Source: an uncultured delta proteobacterium
GTDB taxonomy: Bacteria; Desulfobacterota; WTBG01; CAIYCZ01
Assembly: GCA_963803975.1 (NCBI GenBank)
Contig: CAWDOY010000018.1
Location: 1 to 34,347, forward strand
Direction: 5' to 3'
Length of the DNA stretch: 34,347 nt
Shown: piece by piece, positions 1 to 9,961 of the stretch
Layout: each line of letters starts with the position of its first letter
Position numbering within the stretch: the first letter of the stretch is position 1
The notes under the pieces: model-generated
The model's database searches: none
The model's input: only the letters and a program-made list of their open reading frames with translations
What the model was told of the DNA's origin: nothing
Translations under genes and position numbers: made by a program

Positions 1-124
1 AAAGGGTACCTCTAATAATTGGTTTCACGCTAAACAGCGGGAAGAAAAAACAATACCTTACATTTATTGAGCGCGTTAGAAATTCTATTTTTAGAGTCCC
101 CCGTAAGTATAAAGGAGCAGAACG

Positions 125-592
125 ATGAGCTGTACCGCCATGCGGAAGAAGATCAAAGCCTGTCTTGACGGCGAGCTGCCGGCCGCAGAGGCAGCGGCAC
201 TAAAAAGCCATCTTGCGCAGTGCCCCGCCTGTTCTCGTGAGGCCGCAGAACTGGCAAAAACCTGGGAGCTTCTGCTCGCATTACCTGACGTGCAGGAAGC
301 GCCTGATCTTATTCCCGCTACCTTGGCCCGCATTCTCGAAGAGCAGGAAAATACCCGGTCACAGAAACTCCTGCGCTGGCTCTTCCCGGTTCCGCTTTCT
401 GCTGCCACAGCGGCTCTGGTGATCGGCCTTGTCATCGGCATCGGGCTCGGACGGATCATTGCATCAAACTATCTTGACCGGGAAGAAACAGATACGGCCC
501 TGTACTTGGAAGTATTTCAGGATACCCCGCCCCAGTCAATTGGCGATGCGTATATAAAGGTCAATTATGCTATGGAGGAAAAGGGTATATGA
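125..592 (+). CDS. zf-HC2 (ZAS) anti-sigma factor, single transmembrane
   Basis: N-terminal C..(LDGEL)..HLAQCPAC (HxxxCxxC) motif, hydrophobic TM segment (AATAALVIGLVIGIGLG), RBS AAGGAG upstream. Confidence 0.85.
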   Translation: MSCTAMRKKIKACLDGELPAAEAAALKSHLAQCPACSREAAELAKTWELLLALPDVQEAPDLIPATLARILEEQENTRSQKLLRWLFPVPLSAATAALVIGLVIGIGLGRIIASNYLDREETDTALYLEVFQDTPPQSIGDAYIKVNYAMEEKGI

Positions 593-1086
593 AAGATACC
601 TGGCTCAAAATCAGTTTCATCTTTTCTCTGGCAGTTAATTGCGCCGTGCTCGGCGCTCTCGGCTACCCGTTAGCCCGGCAGTACTGGATAAGCGGCAGTG
701 AGCCGGCACGCATTCCTGAGATGCCGGCTGAAAAATTCCCTCCCCAGGTGCTTCAGTCACGGGCAGATTTCCGGAACAGGCTGTGGCAGGAACGATCAGG
801 CATACAGAAGCAGCGGGAGCAGCTTGCCCTTCTCCTTATGGAGCAGCCGCCGGATAAACAGAAAATCCAGGAAAAGATTCGGGCCATCACCGCGCTGCAG
901 GGAAAAATCCAGGAGGCAACAGTAGCGCAGATTCTTCAGGAGACTGCTGCCATGACACCGCAGCAGAGAGAGGTGTATCTCGGGAACATCCAGGGCATGA
1001 TGTGCCCGAAGGGTATGCTGGGCGGCTGCGGTAAAGGCCCGGGGTTTAAGGGCAGAATGGGCAGAGGAAACGGGCCCTGCCAATAA
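589..1086 (+). CDS. Periplasmic heavy-metal sensor / Spy-CpxP family protein (CnrX/ZraP-like)
   Basis: N-terminal membrane anchor with SLAVN, helical core, MTPQQR (LTxxQ-like) motif, Gly/Cys/Met tail; ATGA overlap with the anti-sigma gene. Confidence 0.8.
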   Translation: MKDTWLKISFIFSLAVNCAVLGALGYPLARQYWISGSEPARIPEMPAEKFPPQVLQSRADFRNRLWQERSGIQKQREQLALLLMEQPPDKQKIQEKIRAITALQGKIQEATVAQILQETAAMTPQQREVYLGNIQGMMCPKGMLGGCGKGPGFKGRMGRGNGPCQ

Positions 1087-1158
1087 CCGTCGCGCAGGAT
1101 GTGCCGGCGTCAACTGTTTAACCGTATAACAACAATTATAACCGAGGAGAAATAACCC

Positions 1159-1692
1159 ATGAAAAAAGCATTACTGATCACCGTACTGATGGTCGCAGCC
1201 ATGAGCTGGACCATGACTGTTGAGGCCCAGTGTTTCATGCACAGCGGCGCACCCGGAGGAGGTCCCGGCTGGCGGGCTGATTTTGCGGGGCTGAACCTTT
1301 CCGCTGAGCAGCAAAAGAAACTGGATACGCTGCACCAGGGTTGCTGGAAGGAATGCGCGCCGCTGGGCAACCGGATTGAACAGAAGCAGGTTGAGCTGAA
1401 AGGCCTGCTGCTGGAGCCGAAACCCGACGCAGACAAAGCAAGAAAGCTGCTTAAGGAGATCAGCGAGCTGCAGCTGCAGCTCAATGAAAAAAGGCTCTCC
1501 TGCCAGCTTGAGGCACGAAAAATTCTGACTCCCGAACAAATGTCCCTGCTTCCCCCCGGCTGCACCTTCGGGTTCGGCTGCATGCTTGCCGGAGGCGGCC
1601 CTGGACCTGGCTGCGGCATGATGCCGGGCTGCGGTAAAGGTATGGGCCCCGGCTGCGGCAAAGGTCCGGGAAGAGGCCCCGGCGGCTGGTAA
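1159..1692 (+). CDS. Spy/CpxP/ZraP family periplasmic protein with Gly-Pro-Cys tail
   Basis: Signal peptide (VEA|Q), LSAEQQ and LTPEQ motifs, tail GPGCGMMPGCGKGMGPGCGKGPG; RBS GAGGAG. Confidence 0.82.
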   Translation: MKKALLITVLMVAAMSWTMTVEAQCFMHSGAPGGGPGWRADFAGLNLSAEQQKKLDTLHQGCWKECAPLGNRIEQKQVELKGLLLEPKPDADKARKLLKEISELQLQLNEKRLSCQLEARKILTPEQMSLLPPGCTFGFGCMLAGGGPGPGCGMMPGCGKGMGPGCGKGPGRGPGGW

Positions 1693-1717
1693 TATAAAAC
1701 AATATGCTGAAGATCAC

Positions 1718-1756
1718 ATCCCTCATCCGCAGTTTTGCGGATGAGGGATTTTTTTT
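1718..1756 (+). terminator. Rho-independent terminator
   Basis: ATCCCTCATCCGCA-gttt-TGCGGATGAGGGAT followed by a T run. Confidence 0.9.
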
Positions 1757-1762
1757 CTTGAG

Positions 1763-1791
1763 TTGACATGTTTCTGTCTTACTTTTATGAT
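1763..1791 (+). promoter_or_regulatory. sigma70-type promoter
   Basis: TTGACA-N17-TATGAT upstream of the flavoprotein gene. Confidence 0.65.
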
Positions 1792-1940
1792 ACAACAAAT
1801 GTCCGGGACCAGGGAATCGTGTTAAAAAGTACACTTGGAAAGTGAAGCGTGATATTCGGGTTCGGGTCACAGGTCGACAAACTCACCGCAGGTCACGAGC
1901 CTCAGGTCACAGGCGATCTGCAACAAGGAGGAAATTGAAA

Positions 1941-2552
1941 ATGAAGGTTTTAGGACTGGTCGGAAGCCCGCGCAAAAAAGGGAACACGGAAATCATGGTC
2001 GATACCTTTCTGGAAGGCGCTGCCTCTGCAGGAGCAGAGGTAAAAAAATATTTTCTCGCTGATCTTGACATCAATCAATGCCAGGGATGTTTTCGCAACT
2101 GCATGCTCCAGCCGGGATTGAAGTGCAAACGCTTCCGTGATGACATGGACACGCTGCTGCCGGAGATGGCGGCAGCAGATTTGATACTGTTTGCCTCGCC
2201 CCTGTACTGCGCGACCTATACCGCAATCATGGCGCGTTTTTTTGAGCGCTGCCTGCCGCTGTGGGAGGTTGAGATTGTCGGCGAGCTGGGAACGATGGAC
2301 GCGTTCCGCTTCATCCACAACGGGCTGAAAGGCAAGAAGGCGGTTGTCGGCATGGTGCAGGACTTCAAAGACCCGCAATCCGCAGAGCTCGCCTTCCAGG
2401 CGTTTGAGCGTAATATCGCCAGAACCTATATGATGCAGATCGTGGAGAAACTGCACGTAACCGATGTGCGGGATGTGGGTGACATTAAGAAAAAGACCGA
2501 AGAACTGAAGAAGGTTTTTGCGTCAGGGAAAAAGCTTGCAAGCGCCGGGTAA
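1941..2552 (+). CDS. Iron-sulfur flavoprotein / NADPH-dependent FMN reductase (flavodoxin-like) family
   Basis: MKVLGLVGSPRKKGNT, CQGCFRNC-x7-C cluster motif, ASPLY; ATG 1941 follows RBS AAGGAGG. Confidence 0.85.
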   Translation: MKVLGLVGSPRKKGNTEIMVDTFLEGAASAGAEVKKYFLADLDINQCQGCFRNCMLQPGLKCKRFRDDMDTLLPEMAAADLILFASPLYCATYTAIMARFFERCLPLWEVEIVGELGTMDAFRFIHNGLKGKKAVVGMVQDFKDPQSAELAFQAFERNIARTYMMQIVEKLHVTDVRDVGDIKKKTEELKKVFASGKKLASAG

Positions 2553-2590
2553 TTAAAAAAGACCACGATTGCTTTCAGCAGGACAGCTCC

Positions 2591-2623
2591 GGGGGTAACC
2601 GGCGGGCACTGTTACCCCCTTTT
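2591..2623. terminator. Hairpin terminator between convergent genes
   Basis: GGGGGTAAC...GTTACCCCC 9-bp stem followed by TTTT. Confidence 0.6.
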
Positions 2624-2629
2624 CAAATT

Positions 2630-3034
2630 TCACTCCCAGCCGATGGGCTCATAGCCTTTTTCGTGCAGGCAGCGGTTCACAAAGTTCATGAATGTCGGGC
2701 TTGGCTCGCGCGTCCTGAACATGCCGCTGGCAGTGCTTCCCACCACTCCCGCGGCCGCGCCTGCAGCAGCGCCTCTTCCCGCGCCGCCGTACACCGCGCC
2801 GACCGCAGCTCCGGTGGCAGCACCCACCACACCTGTTTTCGCCGCGTCTGTCGCTATCTCTTTGCCCGGGTGTGACGTGAGGTAGGCCTCAGCCATGCGG
2901 CAGCACACGTCTATATCCATCTGCGCCTGGGACTGGCCGACCTTCTGCAGTTTTGCGTTAGGATAGAGTACCGGCCGCTTGACACTGCATCCGGCAACAA
3001 GCAGGCAGATTATCAGTATTGATATTTTTTTCAT
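2630..3034 (-). CDS. Glycine-zipper lipoprotein
   Basis: Lipobox LVAGC, GAATGAAVGAVYGGAGRGAAAGAAAG zipper, C-terminal RCLHEKGY; RBS AGGAGG. Confidence 0.8.
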   Translation of the reverse strand: MKKISILIICLLVAGCSVKRPVLYPNAKLQKVGQSQAQMDIDVCCRMAEAYLTSHPGKEIATDAAKTGVVGAATGAAVGAVYGGAGRGAAAGAAAGVVGSTASGMFRTREPSPTFMNFVNRCLHEKGYEPIGWE

Positions 3035-3185
3035 CTACGCCATTCCTCCTTCAGAGCCGCTGCGCTCGGCCGAGGAGACGGGCCGACGGCATACTCTTAT
3101 CATACAGGATCGCTGGTCACAAGTCACTACGTTCCACCTTGCACTCTTCACCTTCTGCCTCTGTGCCTTTGTGCCTGCCTCAATT

Positions 3186-4910
3186 TCAACACTGCTCACA
3201 CACTGGCTGCGAACACCCTCCGCACCCCGGTACAGCGTCACATACATCTCCTGCGCCATCGTTGTCAGCATCCAACTGCTGCGTATTACAGGCTGCAGGG
3301 CAGTTGTCGCACACATCTCCCGCGCCGTCTCCGTCAGTATCCTCCTGGTTCAGTAGCTGCACTGCCCGTTGGCAGAACAGCCAATCACACAATCAGCGTC
3401 ACTGGTGACAGGTTACGCCTGCTTTATCTGAGCCAGGCATACATGTGCCAAGGTTCTGTGCCGATTGGGTTTGTTGGGGCAGTTATCAATAGCATCAGGG
3501 ATACCATCACTATCACTATCAATTTCTTGATACCGCCATACCTCTGTACCTCCAATTCCTCCGTATTTAGTATACCGGTATGTAGCAGCATACAAGTAAC
3601 CATCATAACTCTTGAGAGCCATTACCCCGTGATTATTTGTATCACCAAGCTGGTTGTTGCTAAACTCGATAAAATCTACCCCGTCACAGGTTCTATAAAT
3701 CCGTGCACTTTTAGACATATATTCCCCTGTACCAATATACAGACAGTCGTTATACACCTCAATCGCCTCTGCCATCGTTATTATTATAGGTATCTCCTAA
3801 ACCATTCTCTCCCACCTGAGTCCAATCAATACCGTTCGGGCTGCGCCATATCTCAATCCACCAGTTTCCTGCACCGAGATAATCATTTCTGACTGTTGCA
3901 TATAAATATCCATTATAAACTATAAGCTGCCGTATCATATCTCTGTCTCTCTGATACATATCAGCAGCCATGCCGTCAATGTTTACCTGCTCCCAGTTTA
4001 GTCCGTCAGAAGTTCTCCATAATCCGGTCCCATCAATATCGTTTCTAACAGACACATAAAGCTTCCCATCAAAAACCTCAAAGGGATAAGCAAAACGATC
4101 AGTCACATTATTGAATCCATTATCAACCACTTTTGTCCAGTTGACACCATCTGCGGAGCGAAAAATCTCCGGGTGTTCTTTGCCCGCTTCAATAGCCCGT
4201 GCACTTATATAAAAGAACCCATCAAACACCACTGCACTCATCAAATCGCCCTTGTCACCGCCAGCCGGGTTTGCAAGCCAGTCATCATAATCAAAAACCT
4301 TTGTCCAGCTACTGCCATTTACCGGATTATTGGTTCGCCAGAGTTGTCCATTTTCTTTGACGGGAGCATTCTGACCATATACGGTACCTGCATACAGGTA
4401 GTCCTGGAACACAATCAGAAATTGAGTAGCTTCGCCCCCATAAAGAAAACTTTAACCGGCATGATGGGTTATCAGATACTTTGGTCCAGTGTTGTTGAGC
4501 CGTCACCATTATATGCCCATATTTCAGGACCATAAATGGGGTTGTCAGTTCCCGCGTAAAGCAGTCCATTATACACAGCAAATGAGTCATCAAACACCGC
4601 CATAATTATTTGCACCTCGCCAGTAAAAAACAGGGTCAAAACCTTCCAGATTTACCTGAGTCCAGGGAATGGACAAATCTGCAAGTGTACTGAGGACCTC
4701 TTCATTTTTATTGTAAGTCCAAGGATTAATGATGGCTTGATTCTCTGCGTCATCGAAAGGTTCCTCGACCTGGGGAAATAAAAATTCTCCGGAGTCATCA
4801 AAATATTTTGTCTTCTCTGCTTCCTGTAGCGGTTGTGCTATACATATATACGGAGAGAGCATAATTATCGAAATTAAAATGACTGTATTTCGCAAAATAG
4901 TCATATTCAT
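3186..4910 (-). CDS. Secreted beta-propeller repeat protein with C-terminal TSP3-like repeats and CGGC tail (split by several frameshifts)
   Basis: Joined fragments 4590-4910 (signal peptide), 3759-4412, 3413-3775 and 3186-3392; repeated LY(A)GT..G.E(I/L)WR(T/S).DG..W..V...G units; DSDSDGIPDAIDNCP; ends CDAVPGCGGCSQPVCEQC*. Confidence 0.72.
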
Positions 4911-5015
4911 GTTTTTCTATCTGGTTCAATTAAAAAGTGCCGTTATTGCATTTCCCCACGCCATTGCAGAAAGCCGCACTTTTAACGAAATAACATACTA
5001 CCACTACATAAAGAT

Positions 5016-5054
5016 AAAACACAGGGAGGGCCATGCTGACCCTGCCTGTGTTTT
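5016..5054. terminator. Probable terminator after the CFI-box-like gene
   Basis: AAAACACAGG-G-AGGG...CCCT-G-CCTGTGTTTT inverted repeat. Confidence 0.6.
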
Positions 5055-5070
5055 CACCATTATTTATAAA

Positions 5071-6196
5071 TTACGGCTCTTTGTTACTCTCCTCTACCTT
5101 TTTCCTAATCCCCGGCAGCATCCCATCGATCAAGGTCTTGGCCCTATTTTTTAACAACGGCCTCTGTTCCAATAACATTGTTACCGTCGGAGAGAATTTG
5201 TAATAGGTTTTTATAATTTCCTGCCCTTCAGGAGTTTTACTCAATACGTTATCCCGATACTTCCTCAGCAGTTCTGTTTCCTCTGAGTTCTCCCCATAGA
5301 TTGCCTCCGCAGCACACGGGCCTGATTGTATTGTAGTAGTAGTTGTTGGTTCTGTGGTTGTAGTTGAAAGCTGAGGTAGTGGTTGTAGTGCTTGTTGGTG
5401 AAATTGTAGTAGTCGAGGTTGTGACCGGAGATGTTGTTGACGTGGTGATTATCGAGGTGGTCACACTAACAGTACTGGTGGTGCTTGTTCCACCGTCGTC
5501 CCCGGAAGTGGTGGAGGTTGTGACTGGTTGCATTGATAGTGGTGGTGGTTGTGCTTGCCGGGGTAATGGTGACTTGTTGATAGTGCTTACCGGAGCAGTA
5601 GTGCTTGTTGATGAACTGTTGCTGATACACTGGTTAGTATCTTCATCACAAAACAAACCATTGGCACAGTCTGCATCTGCCTGACACGGCCAGTTTGCAC
5701 TTGCACTGGGCCATAAGTCATTATACCTTGTATGTTTCCGTTGAGCGTCTATAGCTTCAACTTGTAATAGTATGTTTTCCAGTCGCTACAGAGGCATCCT
5801 CAAAATTATATGATACACCATTCGTGGATGAGCCTGTGGATGGGATTAATCCTGAATTTAACCTGGTAGTGTATTGACCATTCTCTGCTTCATCACGGTA
5901 GATGTTAAAGCCAGCAGTATCGATCTTCTGAGGCAGTTACCCAGTTAATATCTATAGTATTATCTTTGTTTCAGAAGGGAAGCTGTAAAAGATGAGAGTG
6001 TCTATCACTGTAGCGGGATCGGTTGTATTGGTTGAGAGAAGTGTTGAGTTTGCAGTAGATGCGCCATCTGCATATTGAAGGATAGTACCCAAATTACCAA
6101 CAGTAAAAACATCTGCACCTTTTGCATTTTGCGGTTGCAAATTACCATGACAAGGAATAAGGCAACCATAACTTGTTTTATTGTTTTATTGTTCAT
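5071..6196 (-). CDS. Secreted Thr-rich protein with Ig-like domain and CFI-box-CTERM-like C-terminal domain (frameshifted)
   Basis: Signal peptide MNNKTIKQVMVALFLVMV; DTAGFNIYR...SYNFED...YYYK Ig-like segment; CQADADCANGLFC; long T/S linker; C-terminus PCAAEAIYGENSEETELLRKYRDNVLSKTPEGQEIIKTYYKFSP (hand-translated). Stop lies between about 5071 and 5097 depending on an indel. Confidence 0.68.
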
Positions 6197-6237
6197 AGCT
6201 TCTTTCTCTCTTTCTACACTAATCACGAACCACGAGT

Positions 6238-9200
6238 TTAGCACTGCGTCTCACACTGGGGTAGTCCGCATCCACCACAGCCTGGAGACGTATCGCACAC
6301 ATCTCCTATGCCATCACCGTCTGCATCAAGTTGATTAACATTACAGTTGTTCGGGCAATTATCCTGAGTATCAACAATGCCGTCATTATCACTGTATCTG
6401 CTAACTTGAACGGCGTTGCCGGATCCCCGAACAGGGTAAATGTCTCAATAATGTCTGTTGACAGGATTTGATTATAGGCATTTATCTTTCCTGTGTAGAA
6501 CACTGATGCCGATTCCCGTGTCCCCGTCATTGTAAATACGGTTGAATATCTTCGTCGCCAGCACTTCATGCTCGGACGTATAACCAAGGCTGGTTGAAGC
6601 GAGGCATGCAATGGCTCCCTTGTTCTGCGCACGCACAAATTCCTCGGCAAGGGAATACTGGTCAAGAAAGTTGGGAAAAAATCCGTTCAAACAGTTCAGC
6701 GCCATCACAAAGGTGAGTGTACTGCCATTGGTCAGGAGATCAACATCATTAGGCGGACTGGTTCTAAACAAATATTCGGCAGCCCAGTTATCCACTGAAC
6801 CATGCCCGGTGTAATTCGTTATAAGGCTTCCGGCATTGATCTTATTAAACAGATCAGTTCTTGCCAGAGTTACGTTGCCATAAGTGCTCAAATATACTTT
6901 TTGTGCTGTAATGTACGCAGGAAGCAATGCGGCAAGATTATTGGACGTTACTTCAAAAGCACTTTCATTATCTGCTGCCAGGATAACGCGCCTGGGACCA
7001 GGCTCCGGAGGCGCTGGCTTCATACGCTTGAATCTTTGCAACAATGTTATTGACATCGGCCGCAGTCTTGACACATAGCCTGCCGATTATCATGTCCGGT
7101 ATCGGGTCAGTGCCGCTGACGCAGGCAAACCTGTTATCCGTCGGGGTGTCCCCCAGCAGATAGGTCTCGTACAGGTACGTGGGAACATAATCAGTATAAC
7201 CCTGGCTATAAAGACCCAAATCATCCCGGTAGTCTATGTTCGCATCGCCCACTAACAGCACATAGGTCGGGTGAGACCCTGTTTTCCAGTTATTATACGC
7301 ATAGGTTAAGAAATTCTTTATGGCCTGGGCATCCTTGATCCCGTAGGAGAACTCATCATAAATGTCCTGTATCTTTGCTATCTCAACATTCAGCCCCTGT
7401 GCGGTTCGGTAAGTTTTTAATGCGACTATGTCATTATAAAAGGCTTCATTGGTGATTATAATATAGTCAATATTTGTGCGTGTTGTTTTAAGACTGGATG
7501 AGGTATCAACAACCAGTGATGCCGGACTTTTGAATTGACTTTCTTCTGCCGCATAGTAGTTTTTAACTGCTCCTGAAAGCGTATCACCAAACTTCATCGT
7601 GTAGCTGGCAGCAGCCGCCGCCGGTAATTTCTGGATTACTTATGTGTAACGTGTTCAGCGGACTGGTAATGTCAAGCAGCATGATGCTGCTGCCCGTGAA
7701 ATTGCTGACGCTAAAAGAAAAGTTGCCGGTGCCCTCGCCTTTGAACTTCAATTCATTTGTCTCCGCCACATAGGAATCATTATAATTTATCTCAAACCAG
7801 TTTGTGTAAATACGGTCAACGGTGACCCCCGCGTCAAGGATCTCTTCGATCTTGATGCTGTTGTTCCCGTTTATAAACAGGGTAGGGGAAATATTTGCTG
7901 ATATCTTCAGTCCGCTCCACCTGCCCCGACCAGGTGAAATTCTTCACCAGCGTGTTATTTACATACACTTTGGTATGATGCCCGAGCGCTGTTTCCCCCC
8001 GCAGATTCACCTTCATGGAATAATTGCCGGCCGTCGTTACAATATTGTTTAATGGGGCAGTGTAGGTAATTGACACAGGTACTGATGTCGAGGTTGGCTG
8101 TAATCTGTTCCAGAACCAGTGGTCCACACCCGCGCCATTCGGGATTGTTTCCCAGTACATTAGATCCTGTTCTCCATGATAGGTGTTCTTAAAACTTGTT
8201 TGCGCTGGGTACCCGGTCTGGCTCCCGTCCTTTAAGACCATGCTGCTGCCGTTACTTGACCCCTGGTATATCCAGTACACATTTTTCTTAGCGTATAAGG
8301 ATTTAAAAGGTTCTCCGTAAAATAGAATATACTCTCCCGCTGAGAATGTACCCGTTCCGCTGCGGTACAGAGGTATTTGATTGCCCCGGTTCTCTACCTT
8401 TATATTTGCAATGGTGGTGGCTGATAAATTTATGCCGAGGGCGGACAAGCTTTCGTAAGTAATTTTATATATCCCCGCACTCTCGATAACCGCACGTACC
8501 GCATACGGGCTTCCTTCTGTTTGCACAGATTCTATGCCTATCGCGGAGGAGAGCGCCTGGCTGCTGCTGGTAACATTGGTAACGGGCTGTGCGTTCAGCA
8601 GGCAAGACTTATAAATGTTGTCAAAAATTTCATCACCTGCTGCCGTGGTTGCTGCATTTTGATAGCTGCTGGTGAGGGGCGTTTTAAATGCGTCGGCTGC
8701 CGTAAAATTAAAGGTTATATGAACCTGGTACTTTTTATGTACGATAAGGGTTTCAGATACCGGATTATACTGAACCGGAGAAAACAGGAGCCGGGCAATG
8801 CGCTTGTCCCGCAGGTATCCGGTAAATTCAACGGTGGCCAACTCAGCGGGAGTATAAGCATTTTGGGAATAGCTGTCAAAGTCAGGAAGATACTGTTCTG
8901 TTACTGTTTTATTGCCCGACTCATCTTCGACAACAACTTGATAGGGCGCCGGCCCCAGACAGAAAATCAGGATACTCAACGGTCTCTATGGGATATGAAT
9001 GATACTTCAATATCGCATCCTTCGGGAATTTCTATCAGCTGCCCGGTTTGCAGCACAGCCGGGCTTCCGCCCTGATGTATAACTGAATAGCCCGGTATTG
9101 ATATGTTCTTGTAGGGGAGGTATTGCGATGGGGTTATATTTAAATCAGCAGCTGTACCTTCAATAACTATCTGCGTTGCGTCTTCACTTACTATGGCAAT

Positions 9201-9296
9201 GGGTTTATCTGCCGGGAATGCAGTTGAACTGTTCAGCAAGAAAAGCGTAATATAAAAAAAACAAAAAGCTATAGTAGAATATTTTATCTTTTCCAT
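6238..9296 (-). CDS. C25-family (gingipain/PorU-like) cysteine peptidase with propeptide, TSP3-like repeat and CGGC tail (frameshifted, about 1000 aa)
   Basis: Joined fragments: signal peptide; propeptide (GSPAVL..LIEIP, FSPVQYNP); GIYKITYESL..LGI / YILFYGEP segment; DYIIIT, QDIYDEFSYG, YVLLVGD, IGRL; catalytic NYTGHGS and ALNC; TLFGDPAT; ends DVCDTSPGCGGCGLPQCETQC*. Confidence 0.85.
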
Positions 9297-9457
9297 CTTA
9301 TTAATTCTCCTTATTTATAGTTTTCTCTACAATAACCGCTAATTAGTTTTTAACACCCCTGATTGTATTTCAGCAGTCAACTTTTTTTATTGTCTTCAAC
9401 AATATAATAAAAATAAAATTAAAAAAAATTATGTTATATAATATTATATCATTAAAA

Positions 9458-9928
9458 TCAGAAAAGTGCTACCTTTTTGCCACCTTGGTGATATATTTGA
9501 GTAGCTTCGCCTCCCAAGAGAAAACTATAACCGGATGGCATGTCAGATACTTTTGTCCATGTTGTCGATCCGCCTTCATTATATGCCCAAATTTCTGGGC
9601 CAAATTCTGGATTGTCAGTTCCTGCATAAAGTAACCCATTATATTCAACAAATGAGTCATCGAATACGCCGTAATTATTTACGCCTCTCCAGTAATAAAA
9701 AGGTCAAACCCTTCCAGATTGACCTGGGTCCAGGGAATAACAGCAGAAGGGGCTGCTGTGTTGCTATCTTCGAGGAGGTTCTGGTCTCCGGTAATGAAGC
9801 CGGGCGGCACCGTCCGGAAGCTGTCGGAACCGGCGGCGTGCGCTGCTCCCGGCAGGGGAAGTGCCCTGCATGGCGGCGCTGAAACCAGTGCCAGTATCGC
9901 AAGCAGCAGAAATTCTTGTGCAAACCAT
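9458..9928 (-). pseudogene. Truncated paralog of the beta-propeller gene at 3186-4910 (signal peptide plus first repeat)
   Basis: 9497-9738 is clearly similar to 4422-4670 (PWTQVNLEGFD..WRG.NNYG..DDSF..YNGLLYAGTDNP..GPEIWAYN..WTKVSD..GGEATQ), then similarity stops. Start ATG 9928 after GAGGAAG gives MVCTRILLLAILALVSA if one T is removed. Confidence 0.6.
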
Positions 9929-9961
9929 CTCTTCCTCGGTGTCCCTGCAGGGGGCGTACAT

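Noticed and set aside
1842..1940. N-terminal extension of the flavoprotein ORF
   Set aside because: It translates a heptamer-repeat tract; the strong RBS and family N-terminus point to ATG 1941.
4422..9738. Diversity-generating retroelement TR/VR pair (4422-4670 vs 9497-9738)
   Set aside because: Differences are not adenine-specific (many synonymous T/C and T/G changes), the repeat is N-terminal, and no reverse transcriptase is in the window.
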